Below are positions 1 through 8,911 of a stretch of DNA of 10,707 bases, piece by piece (the first letter of the stretch is position 1; the number at the start of each line of letters is the position of its first letter). The notes beneath the pieces were generated by a model. That model was not told where the DNA came from. It searched no databases and saw nothing but the letters and a program-made list of their open reading frames with translations. The position numbers and the translations under genes are program-made. This DNA is from Azolla caroliniana (taxonomy: Eukaryota > Plantae > Polypodiophyta): positions 1-10,707 of the forward strand of contig JBHGNT010001242.1 of assembly GCA_043228905.1 (NCBI GenBank), read 5' to 3'.

Positions 1-302
1 AAATTTCCAAAGCTCAAATTCATTTTTGGTGTTGGATTGAATAATTTAAGGAAGGTACTACAATCAACATCTTTTGCATATTTAAGATTGGATGTGAATA
101 AATGTTTTTTACAGTTCTGGGAATCTGTTTTTGATGGGGACATATAGAAATTGCTAGCTATCAGTAGGCACCGTACATGTCTAGGTTTTTAGTCAAATAT
201 CACTAGACGTCTAATATATGCCGCTGAATTTTAGAGATTAAAATGAGTAAATTGGTTGTGTGATAATTCTAATTTTACTTCTATATTCTCTGCATATGGT
301 AG

Positions 303-375
303 GTGTTTCCACGTTTGATAAATATTTTCCCAGAGGCTCAGCTCAACACAGCTGTTTACCATTTAAATAATGGCG
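303..375 (+). CDS. IFT56: IFT56 internal exon (VFPRLINIFPEAQLNTAVYHLNNG)
   Basis: Acceptor TAG ends at 302 and the donor GT is at 376. It matches the family segment VLPPLVDVIPEARLNLVIYYL. The split codon G|AG gives Glu. Not in the ORF track. Confidence 0.88.
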
Positions 376-482
376 GTATAATTTCAGTTTACCACTTACT
401 AATAAAACACCTACTTATTTCAATTCACATGCATAAATGGAACTTCTAAAATGGAAAGCAATGATTTTATATGGATTTTAAG

Positions 483-733
483 AGTTGCGCCAAGCATATG
501 AGGTGGTTAGGAATATTGAACCAACTTCGGCCCAAGAATTCATTATCAAGGCTGTCACGTGTGCATGTCTTGGGCAAGAAATAAATTCTGAGGACCTTTT
601 GCAGCAAGCGCAACATCTATTTCAAATGATTGGATCTTCTGCCACTGAATGTGATACTACACCTGGTCGTCAATGTATGTCATCATTTTTTTTCTTGAAC
701 AAGCAGTTTGAAGATGCAATTATGTATCTGAAA
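483..733 (+). CDS. IFT56: IFT56 internal exon (LRQAYEVVRNIEPT...CDTTPGRQCM...AIMYLK)
   Basis: Acceptor ttttaAG at 481-482 and donor GTAAGG at 734. Contains the diagnostic ECDTxPGRQCM motif. Overlaps ORF 485..769. Confidence 0.95.
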
Positions 734-923
734 GTAAGGAATACATTTTTTTTCTCCTACGATTTATAACTATGAGTCTACACACAACACATTAGATAAT
801 TTAATGACCTTATTAAATTGTGATGATCCCAAAATGAATAAATATCCTTAAATATGTTAAGGAAAGCCTTGGATTTGGAATATTTTATACTAGGTCTTAA
901 TGATCATAGTGAAACTACTGCAG

Positions 924-1159
924 TCAATAAAAAACTTTTGTAAGAACATGGACGAATTCAAGTGGAATTACGGAATTGCAAAAGCCTGTGTTGGTGAATA
1001 TGTTGAGGCAGAAGAGATCCTCTTATCAATTCATTCTGAAAAAATGATGGAGGATTACTATTACTATGCATGGCTATCTTTCTGCCTTATCATGAATGGA
1101 AAAGCTCATCTGGCATGGGAAAGGTACCTTCAACTAGATGTCTTGGATGATTCATTCAG
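924..1159 (+). CDS. IFT56: IFT56 internal exon (SIKNF...WNYGIAKA...AWERYL...DSF)
   Basis: Acceptor CAG at 921-923 and donor GT at 1160. TPR-like segment matching FNFNYAQAKA / LAWELYL. Lies within ORF 900..1181. Confidence 0.93.
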
Positions 1160-2940
1160 GTATATCCTTCTACCTATCTGAGATATTGATGAGGCGACAA
1201 CTTTTGTGGCTTTTAAATTCTTAAATATATATCAGTAATTTTTTTGGTATGATATAAACTAGAGGTGACCACCTGACTGCCTAAAACCACAACAAGCAAA
1301 AAGCACCTTAGCTAGTTTTTTCAGTTGTTGACAATGTTAGAAATATTGAGAATTGACTAGATAAGAATATAGAGTTACAATCATAGAGATGTATGTGTGT
1401 CAATACAAATTTTCCATCACATTTGAATGAGACCCATGGAAAGTCCATCAATACCCGAACTCCAATGGAAATTAATAGAGTTTGTCCTGTTTATATTTTC
1501 TACCAACTTAACAAAATTATAATCAATTTGAAAATGACAATGAAATGTATGAATTATCAATAAGAATTGTGGTATACGAATGCATGGAGTGTACCATTGG
1601 ATTATTCAGTAACTCACAATGGTAGTTCTCTTGTGTGCTCACACCTTAGAGCTTAGATGGAATCTGGACTAGTCCACTACAGACTTAGTTGACACAAATA
1701 ACAGTCATAGCAGCTCTGTAAGAGAAAGAGAGTGGATACTTATATTCTGTGTTTGGTCTTATTGTCACATTAAAGATGCAAAACAGTTGATAATAGTGGG
1801 GATATTCCTTTTCTGTCAACTCACTTGTCATTTAATATGACCGAGCTCCCTAGATACAAGTGATAGCTAGATAGTACTTATCTTAAAGTCAATGGTACAT
1901 ACTTTCAAGCCTAAGTACATCTTAACCCGCCAACAGAGAATATTCTTCTAGACGTCATCACTAGTTAATCCCATTACCATACTTCCTCTTTCCTAAATAC
2001 ATTCTGACTGAATCATCTTCCCCACATTGACATCTCATCAACCCATATAGTCGGGTTGCACAATAGCTACTCCGCAGTTGGGGTGCTATCACAAAATGAG
2101 CACTCTAAGAATACATGTTGGGATAAACTAACAAGTTGGGGGTGATCATTGACTATATCTAATGGACTCGCCATTATTTTTGCTCTTGTCTACGTTTTTG
2201 AAATAGAACATGATCAAAATTTCAAGGTCATGGCATGGTCTACAAAGTTTTCATTTTCAAGACCATCCCATGAATTCATGCGCCCTCTTCCATTATTTGT
2301 TGATTTGTTTTATCATAACTTCTGTTGAACTCTACACCCATTCAATCGGTGGCAGCGCAAGTGGTAATGAGTCCTCTTCTGCAATTATATCACATGAATT
2401 GGATGATTCAGGTGATGGGGAAAGACAACCCTGTTTTGCTAAGACTTCAAGAAGTGATACTCCTGAACTAGTCAACTTAGGAGTATCTTTAATAGAACAA
2501 AATGTGTCAATGATTCTCGTAAATCAGCTGATTGAAACTGAGAGTTTCCATCGATTCCAGTGAAATGCTCAGGCTCCTGTGCATTACTTATTTGCAGGTT
2601 ATTCATCAAGCTTTTGCACTTTTCCCTATCCAAACTGCAGTTGGAAGGAGACTAACTATCCTATCCAGACATGCCCCACTTGCACACATTGTGTATTTGG
2701 GTAGACATGCAAAAAGAGCTTTCAAGAGACAAGGAGCAACATTTCCACTGTAGATACAGTAGTGATATTGCTTAAATGTTACAGAAGCTCTTTGATATAA
2801 AACTATTTGCGGGTGAAATATTCATCTTTTCTAAACCTAGCTGTTCTATTAGGTATCAAACTAGAGAGAATGATAATTTTTACTCCCTTTGAAAACATAG
2901 GGTCGCACCAATAATGAATTGAACATGTGATTTTTTGCAG

Positions 2941-3160
2941 CCTCCTTCAATTGTTTGCTAATGAGTGCTACAAGACAGGACAATTTATGTATTCGGCTAA
3001 AGCTTTTGGTATACTAGTTCAATCAAATGAGCAAGAAGAGTATTGGGAAGGTCTTCGTGGAGCATGTGTTGGTGCTTTTCAAAACATAATTGAAGGAAAG
3101 GAGTCAGAAGATAACATTGAAGAAATCCTCATTCTACTTGGGAGCTGCAATAATCCTCAA
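2941..3160 (+). CDS. IFT56: IFT56 internal exon (LLQLFANECYK...EYWEGLRGACVG...NNPQ)
   Basis: Acceptor ttttttgCAG ends at 2940 and the donor GTAAAG is at 3161. The split codon AG|C gives Ser, restoring the conserved SFSLLQL. Lies within ORF 2927..3220. Confidence 0.95.
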
Positions 3161-4394
3161 GTAAAGATTCTTCCTTGCTCCTTCCCACACTCTTGTGCAA
3201 AAATACTAAGTAATATCTAAATAATTACCGAGTATCTTGAACATCTAAATAATATCTAAATCGAAAGGACTAATCATGATAATGTGACAATTGGGCATAT
3301 TCCTTTATCATCATCCAAAAAATACTATGCACAAAATAAAATAAAAGTTTGAAAGTGCATCTCCTTCATGAAACATGCTTTATTAGGTGTCACTTAGTTG
3401 CCAATTTCAACTGTGATTATTATAATTTCTTTCAATAGCATGCTCATGTAAATATGCTCTCTTGATAGATCCTTTTGCAGAGAGGATCAGGTTGTCTCCG
3501 TAATTGGCACTCTTATAAACTAAAAACATGTGATAAGTTTAAGCTTTAGTCATCGACCATATAAGATGTTACAGGTTACTGGAGCAACAAGAAATATATA
3601 GCTGTACTTAAAAGTACAGCTAAGTGATAGTATTTTTAATGGTCCCTTGTTATGGAAACCACAGCTTTTCCCTTGTATTCAATCCTTAATCGGTTATAAT
3701 AGTAACTTAATTTACAGGCTTTAACCAATAGGAAGGAAATCAATACATACATGATAGCGTCAAACATCATTTAGTTTTTACTGGTAGTAATGTGAGATGA
3801 TCCAATGTCAGGTGGCTAGTGGCTCGGAGTGGTGACTGAAGCGTAACCCATCTGTCAGTACCTCTGCCTTGGGTTGTTGCAAATGGCAACGAAATCCCTG
3901 TCTGAGAAAAAAAGGGTGAATATTAGATGAGTTAGCAAAATTTGATGTTTAATGCTAGCAAAACTGCACATTTATCTATATTGCAATTCTGTTAAGAAAT
4001 AGAACAAAATGGGCAATTCCAGATGTGACCTTATGGAATAGATTGATCAGAACAACATACTTGAAGTAGCTTTTGACACGTTACACAATCAAAACAATGA
4101 TATCACAGCTAAAAACGATAAAACTACAACTTATTGCTTTGTCAAATAATGAAATACTGGGAGCTATGTTATACAAAGTAGAAACGATACACATATTGTC
4201 CAATTTGTTTGATTCTTTTTTTTCTTCTTTTCCAAATTTGTTTGGTGTGCCATTTCTTTGTTTTGCTGAAAAAATTAGATATTTTCCAAACAATTAACAG
4301 ATATTTTGAAAGTTAAGAAATTTTATTGTTTGGAATGTAATCTCCATATAAAGAGTGTTCTGATTTAACATCATGGATATTATTGTGCTTGTAG

Positions 4395-4454
4395 GGGGAA
4401 TACATCTCAAATATCATAAAGAAATGGAGCGACGACAATCTTTTGTGTTCTTAA
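4395..4454 (+). CDS. IFT56: IFT56 terminal exon (GEYISNIIKKWSDDNLLCS*)
   Basis: Acceptor cttgTAG ends at 4394, in phase 0, with stop TAA at 4452-4454. Matches the family C-terminus VEYMIRIMKKWAKEN. Too short for the ORF track. Confidence 0.88.
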   Translation, partial: GEYISNIIKKWSDDNLLCS

Positions 4455-4538
4455 TCACGGAAAGAAAATTGATTTTGAAGCAATAACGGTGGCACCTTAA
4501 CTTAGTAGATGGCATTGTTAGTCCACTGATTTATTGTA

Positions 4539-4640
4539 ATTTAACATCATGGTTATTATTGTGCATGTAGGGAGAATGCAATTCAAATGCCATAAAGAAA
4601 TGGAGTAATTACTATCTTGTATTCTGATTTACGGCACCTT
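4539..4640 (+). repeat. Diverged tandem copy of the IFT56 terminal exon plus 3' splice region; potential alternative last exon 4571..4627 (GECNSNAIKKWSNYYLVF*)
   Basis: atttaacatcatggttattattgtgcatgtAG (4539-4570) repeats atttaacatcatggatattattgtgcttgtAG (4363-4394) at a 176-bp offset. The exon-like part shares cataaagaaatggag and reads open to TGA at 4625-4627. Confidence 0.85.
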
Positions 4641-5661
4641 GATTTCTGAGTACATAGCGTTCTAGCCCACAATTTGTCCATTGTAACATGTGAGTCTAAT
4701 GTCATGGATAGATTTCTGTAATGCCATTCAGCTGTGTATTAGGGCATTGGTGGAACATGTCATTTTGAATCCACGGAGAAATGAGTCTCTCCATTGGGGG
4801 ACTGTGATTTAAGGCAGGATGAATGTCAATGTCCAAATTCATGTATTCATTGAATTCTATTGCGATTTACATCATCTGCACTTGTTAAAGAATAAGATTT
4901 AAGTATTGAGTTAATTTATGCTGTTAGATATGAGTCACGTAGTGCACCCAATATTATATCGTTTGTGAACATACTTGTCATGCAGCCAACATGTAGGGAT
5001 GCAATGAGGATAAGTGTGAAAGTACTACAATGGATATGTCCTCTTAAAAAAGAGGGAATATATGGATACCCTCCATATATATTCATATATACCTGCACTC
5101 AGCCAAGGTTCAATCTTGTATGAGTATCCTTAATTATTTGCGTTAGTGTTGTACATGACTTTGAGTAAATGAAGATTGCGGAGAGCAAGCTTGTTGAAAA
5201 TGGTACTAGTGGATATGAGTTTTGATTAGTAGTACATTCAATTTGATATTGCTGAAGCCACAACCGATGATGTGATGGAAAACATGAAAGTCAATGGAGA
5301 ATGCAAGAGACCTATTTGAAGAAGCGGGCTTTGTTGAAACTATTAATGGATTGATGGATAAGGAGATAGATAAAGCCAACAATAGTTATCCTCTCTCTGA
5401 AGTATGATCTTGAAGGATAGGAAAGGAGTCCAACAGTAAATGAAATATTTAGGAGTTATAGAGGAAAAAGCTGTGTGGCATAGTGGGTTAATGACCAAAC
5501 ACTTCATTTAAAACATATTCAAGAACAAATTTAACAAATAATTCTTTGTTTTCTAATGCTACTTTTAAGAATGGTGTGAGAGAACGCTACCAATTCGATT
5601 ATTAATTTGTCATGGCAAGAAGTTCATTGCGGGTTAGGATGGAATCGGTGATTTTCACAAT

Positions 5662-5846
5662 TTGGAAGATTATTATAAGAGGGAATGATGTTTGCGGTTG
5701 TTCCTTGATATTTTAAACCTCACTTCCCCTTATATTGTATTCCACAATATTTATTGGAATGCATGATTATTATAAAAGGGAAGGGTGTTTCTATATGTTC
5801 CATGATATTGTAAAGCTCACTACCGCTTAGTCTATTCCGCAATATT
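5662..5846. repeat. Diverged two-copy tandem duplication, period ~92-97 bp
   Basis: The blocks ttggaa, gattattataa, tgttcc.tgatatt.taaa.ctcact and tattcc.caatatt occur in the same order at ~5662-5753 and ~5754-5846. Confidence 0.75.
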
Positions 5847-6030
5847 CCCAATCAATAACAAACTTATGCATTGTAACCATAAAAGATTATACCATATTCA
5901 CAATAGGAAACTCATTTATGCTATTTATAAACATGCTCTTGCATGCGTGTTTAACTAAACAACTCTTCATGAGACTTTTGAATGTTCAAACCTCAACCTA
6001 GCAAAACATCAATCAAATTTATTTATTTAG

Positions 6031-6471
6031 TAACAATTGGCAACGATTCGATTTGGACCGAACCAAACCGTGAAACCACGACGTAATGGCTTAACGGTTC
6101 GGTTCGGTTTCAACAGTCAAAACTACGGTTTAACGGTTTTTAATTTTTTGTTTTAAAACAATCTTTACGGTTTAACGGTTTTTAATTTTTTGTTTTAAAA
6201 CAATCTTTTCATTTTTTGTTTTAAAACAATCTTTTCATTTTTAGACCTTATTCACACATTTTAGGAACATCTTTAAAAAAATTAAAAAAGAAATATTATA
6301 AATTTAAAAATTAAAATTTGACCTAAGTTGAAAACCGAAACCAAACCACAAAACTGCGGTTTTAATGGTTTAACGGTTTCGTGGTTCGGTTCGGTTCAGT
6401 TCAGGTTTCAAAATTTTTTAACGGTTCAGTTTTGACCCTCTCAAACCGAACCGAACCGTTGCCGATTGTTA
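6031..6471. mobile_element. Non-autonomous DNA transposon (MITE), probably hAT superfamily
   Basis: Terminal inverted repeats: left TAACAATTGGCAACGATTCGATTTGG versus right reverse complement TAACAATCGGCAACGGTTCGGTTCGG (22/26). More than 15 CGGTT/AACCG motifs cluster towards both ends around an A/T core. Candidate degenerate 8-bp TSD ttatttag (6023-6030) / ctttttag (6472-6479). No ORF. Confidence 0.85.
6124..6241. repeat. Internal tandem duplications within the MITE (42-bp unit x2, then a partial repeat)
   Basis: tacggtttaacggtttttaattttttgttttaaaacaatctt occurs at 6124-6165 and 6166-6207, followed by a third ttttttgttttaaaacaatctttt. Confidence 0.9.
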
Positions 6472-6927
6472 CTTTTTAGTTGTCCTTAATACATGTCCGA
6501 TGTGATTTAAGATTGTCTCTTACACGTACATGCTAGAAACATTTGGCTAATGTGGCAATCCTCTATGCACATGTGAGAGATAGACAAGACTAATTTATAT
6601 GGCATAGTTAATTACAGAAAGTCATGGACTAATACATCGTTAATGCAGATATTTAGTCTTCAACATTATTTGCTATGATAAGAAATCCTAAAAGATGCAG
6701 CGTATACTTGCAAGGGACATGTAGAAGGGAGGATGAACATTGTAGTGATGCCTTAGTAAGATGTGTGGCAAACTATACCATGCCCAAACATGTATACAAA
6801 GTGATGAAGAAGAAAGAGATGCAACAAATCAAGCCAAATAATGTATGTGGTGAAGACATATGCAGGCAGTAGATCAATGGAGTTATCCAAATTGTGGAAG
6901 TGGTAAAGACAGGTGAAGTGCATGTAC

Positions 6928-7537
6928 GCTTATCCAGAGCAATATATTCAGGATAATGATGAGCAGCAATATATTCACTGGATTTGAACTGAAAAATGTG
7001 ATTCTTGTCTCTAAGTAGATTGTTGAAGCTGCTTGTTTTCCTGTAACCAGATCTGCCATGAAGGCTTATCCAGAGCAATATATTCATGATAATGATGAGC
7101 TTAACCAGAGCTGCCATTTCAGGCTTATCCAGAGCAATATATTCATGATAATGATGAGCAGCAATATATTCACTGGATTTGAACTGAACAATGTGATTCT
7201 TGTCTATAAGTAGATTGTTGAAGTTGCTAGTTTTCCTGTAACCAGAGCTGCCATTTCAGGCTTATCCAGAGCAATATATTCATGATAATGATGAGCAGCA
7301 ATATATTCACTGGATTTGAACTGAACAATGTGATTCTTGTCTATAAGTAGATTGTTGAAGTTGCTAGTTTTCCTGTAACCAGAGCTGCCATTTCAGGCTT
7401 ATCCAGAGCAATATATTCATGATAATGATGAGCAGCAATATATTCACTGTATTTGAACTGAACAATGTGATTCTTGTCTCTAAGTAGATCGTTGACGTTG
7501 CTAGTTTTCCTGTAACCAGAGCTGCCATTTCAGGCTT
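6928..7537 (+). repeat. 137-bp tandem array (4 full units + 1 internally deleted unit) derived from an intron/exon junction of the PAO pseudogene
   Basis: Units start with gcttatccagagc at 6928, 7064, 7123, 7260 and 7397, with lengths 136, 59, 137, 137 and 137. They are near-identical and have no variable spacers. Each full unit contains agcaatatattca twice and ends in a sequence translating to VTRAAISGL (VTRSAM in the first unit). Confidence 0.95.
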
Positions 7538-8852
7538 GGCTGCTGCTTGGGAGTTGAAAGACGTGGTGTAAGGTAGTGGATCGATCAACTCGATTCCATG
7601 TCTTGAACCGATTTAAGGAAAAAACAGTCTACAATACTATTCAATTTTTCTTTCATTTCCCTGAAATTCCCTTGGGTTCTCTCTGTTTCCCAAAATCACC
7701 TCAGTCAACCCATGAGAGAAAGAAGGGGATGAGTTAGCGATGCAATTGCTCAAAAAGCACATATATATTGAGATAACTTGACCATATATTTGCTCCTACC
7801 AGGCGATAAAGGGCATTTGGGGAATAATGAAGAGCTCAGGGTTATTTTGGAGTTATTTGCTGCTTTAGTTTCAACATGAGATTGAGAGCTGCTCTCCAAA
7901 TTCAGGTCACTGCACTTGAGTTGAAAGGATGTATAGGTGGCAGAATCCATACTGACTCTTCCAATGGCTACCCAATGGATATGGGAGCTTCATGGTAAGA
8001 GTGATGTTTTCAGCACGAATTCTCAATTATTCTCATCATCCACTGGACATTGTAAAATGACAAAGAATGCATACACTATGTCGATATGTTACATAGAGCT
8101 CGTGAGCAAAACCTTTAGGCCAGTTTGATTTGGAATTGTCACCCAATTCCGTCCTGTATGATTACGATTTGGAGAGGTAAACATTACACTTAATTTCTTT
8201 TTTCTTAGATTTGTGTATAAGTGGCAGTGTTTACGATGTAGCTATGCTCTTTTTGATATAGATTGGCAGTAAGTCCCTGCTCAAGTGGTCCCTGAAGTTG
8301 GGCATAAGTTTGAGCCCCATTTGGAAGAGGTAAACCAAACTTCTTCAGATATACTGATGCTTTTATGGTACTCAATTCGTTTCTTTTTTATAGGCAAAGA
8401 GAATCCAGTATGATCATGAGGACGATATCTCAATATCAGAGGCATTCTCGATTGTGGTGGATAATAAGCTTGAGATATGGTTTGTGAAATTTGTCGGAGA
8501 TAGGGTTTGTGGGGGTCTGAAATATATCCTCGACTAAATCCTGCTTTTATAGTACTCAATTCATTTTTTTAAAGGCTAAGAGAATCCGGTATGATTATGA
8601 GGAGGATATCTCAATATCAGAGGCATTCTCGATTGTGGCGAATGAAAATCCTGACCTAAGGTTTGTGAAACTTTGTGGAGATTTGTTGGGTTTAGTGGGA
8701 ACCTGAGTATATCCTCAACTAAATCCATTCTGTCCGTTGTGCTCACCAGATTGTCTGGGCTTGAATATAAAGCCTTGCAGTGGTATATCTGTAGGATGGA
8801 AGGTTGGTTTGCTGTGGCTGCCAATAAAATCTCTATCTGATGTTGTGATGAG
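7488..8852 (+). pseudogene. PAO: Unprocessed polyamine oxidase (plant PAO2/3/4-type flavin amine oxidase) pseudogene; exon relics ~7488..7572, 7906..7994, 8088..8176, 8242..8329, 8394..8479, 8575..8660 (duplicate), 8750..8852
   Basis: Collinear translations with family equivalents: ASFPVTRAAISGLAAAWELKD (PSVIVIGAGISGLAAAR); [30 protein letters not shown] ([28 protein letters not shown]); LHRAREQNL*ASLI..NSVLYDYDLES; YALFDIDWQ*VP...LEE; DISISEAFSIV; [13 protein letters not shown]...ISI*CCDE. Boundaries are mostly AG/GT with compatible phases. Lesions: stops at 8116, 8270 and 8838; frameshifts near 7565 and 8140; an acceptor changed to AT at 8086-8087; GxGxxG motif destroyed. Confidence 0.92.
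8358..8726 (+). repeat. Two-copy tandem duplication (~184 bp), each copy carrying an 86-nt PAO exon with both splice sites
   Basis: Units 8358-8541 and 8542-8726 both start tgcttttat.gtactcaattc and end tatatcctc.actaaatcc. Exons: 8394-8479 (AKRIQYDHEDDISISEAFSIVVDNKLEI) and 8575-8660 ([28 protein letters not shown]). Confidence 0.92.
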
Positions 8853-8911
8853 GTATGTTAATGAAGGAATCATAGCAAAGAACAAACATTGATGATTTTG
8901 TCTCTGTAACG

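Larger units (their letters stand above)
303..4454 (+). other. IFT56: Intraflagellar transport protein 56 (IFT56/TTC26/DYF-13) gene, 3' part; spliced CDS join(303..375,483..733,924..1159,2941..3160,4395..4454); 5' exons lie upstream of the window
   Basis: Five exons bounded by AG/GT join in frame (73+251+236+220+60 = 840 nt = 279 aa + TAA), with intron phases 1,0,2,0. The translation is collinear with the TTC26/IFT56 C-terminal half as I recall it: PEAQLN, SATECDTTPGRQCM, LLQLFANECYK, EYWEGLRGACVG, IIKKW. Confidence 0.93.

Noticed and set aside
1-300. Possible further IFT56 exon (e.g. after the tttttacAG near 114)
   Set aside because: No frame gives the expected upstream HNLVVF-type sequence, so I treat it as intron.
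2210-2753. Plus-strand ORFs 2210..2563 and 2532..2753 as IFT56 exons or independent genes
   Set aside because: IFT56 homology runs continuously from 1159 to 2941 without them, and they contain no recognisable domain.
4073-4297. Overlapping ORFs 4073..4297 (+) and 4081..4293 (-)
   Set aside because: Low-complexity AT-rich intron sequence with non-ATG starts and no homology I can recognise.
5056-5084. Small hairpin atatatgga-taccc-tccatatat
   Set aside because: Short and mostly AT dinucleotide repeat, so it is plausibly chance.
5170-5430. Purine-rich, coding-like stretch (e.g. MENARDLFEEAGFVETINGLMDKEIDKA)
   Set aside because: Broken by stops in all plus frames, and I cannot assign it to any family. 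It may be a TE relic but is unsupported.
6928-7537. CRISPR-like appearance of regularly spaced repeats
   Set aside because: Whole units repeat with no unique spacers, there are no cas genes, the context is eukaryotic, and the unit derives from a PAO intron/exon junction.
6675-7588. ORFs 6675..6872, 6773..7117 and 7364..7588 as small proteins
   Set aside because: The two minus-strand ORFs largely read through the tandem array antisense to the PAO relic. The plus-strand ORF has no motif I can support.
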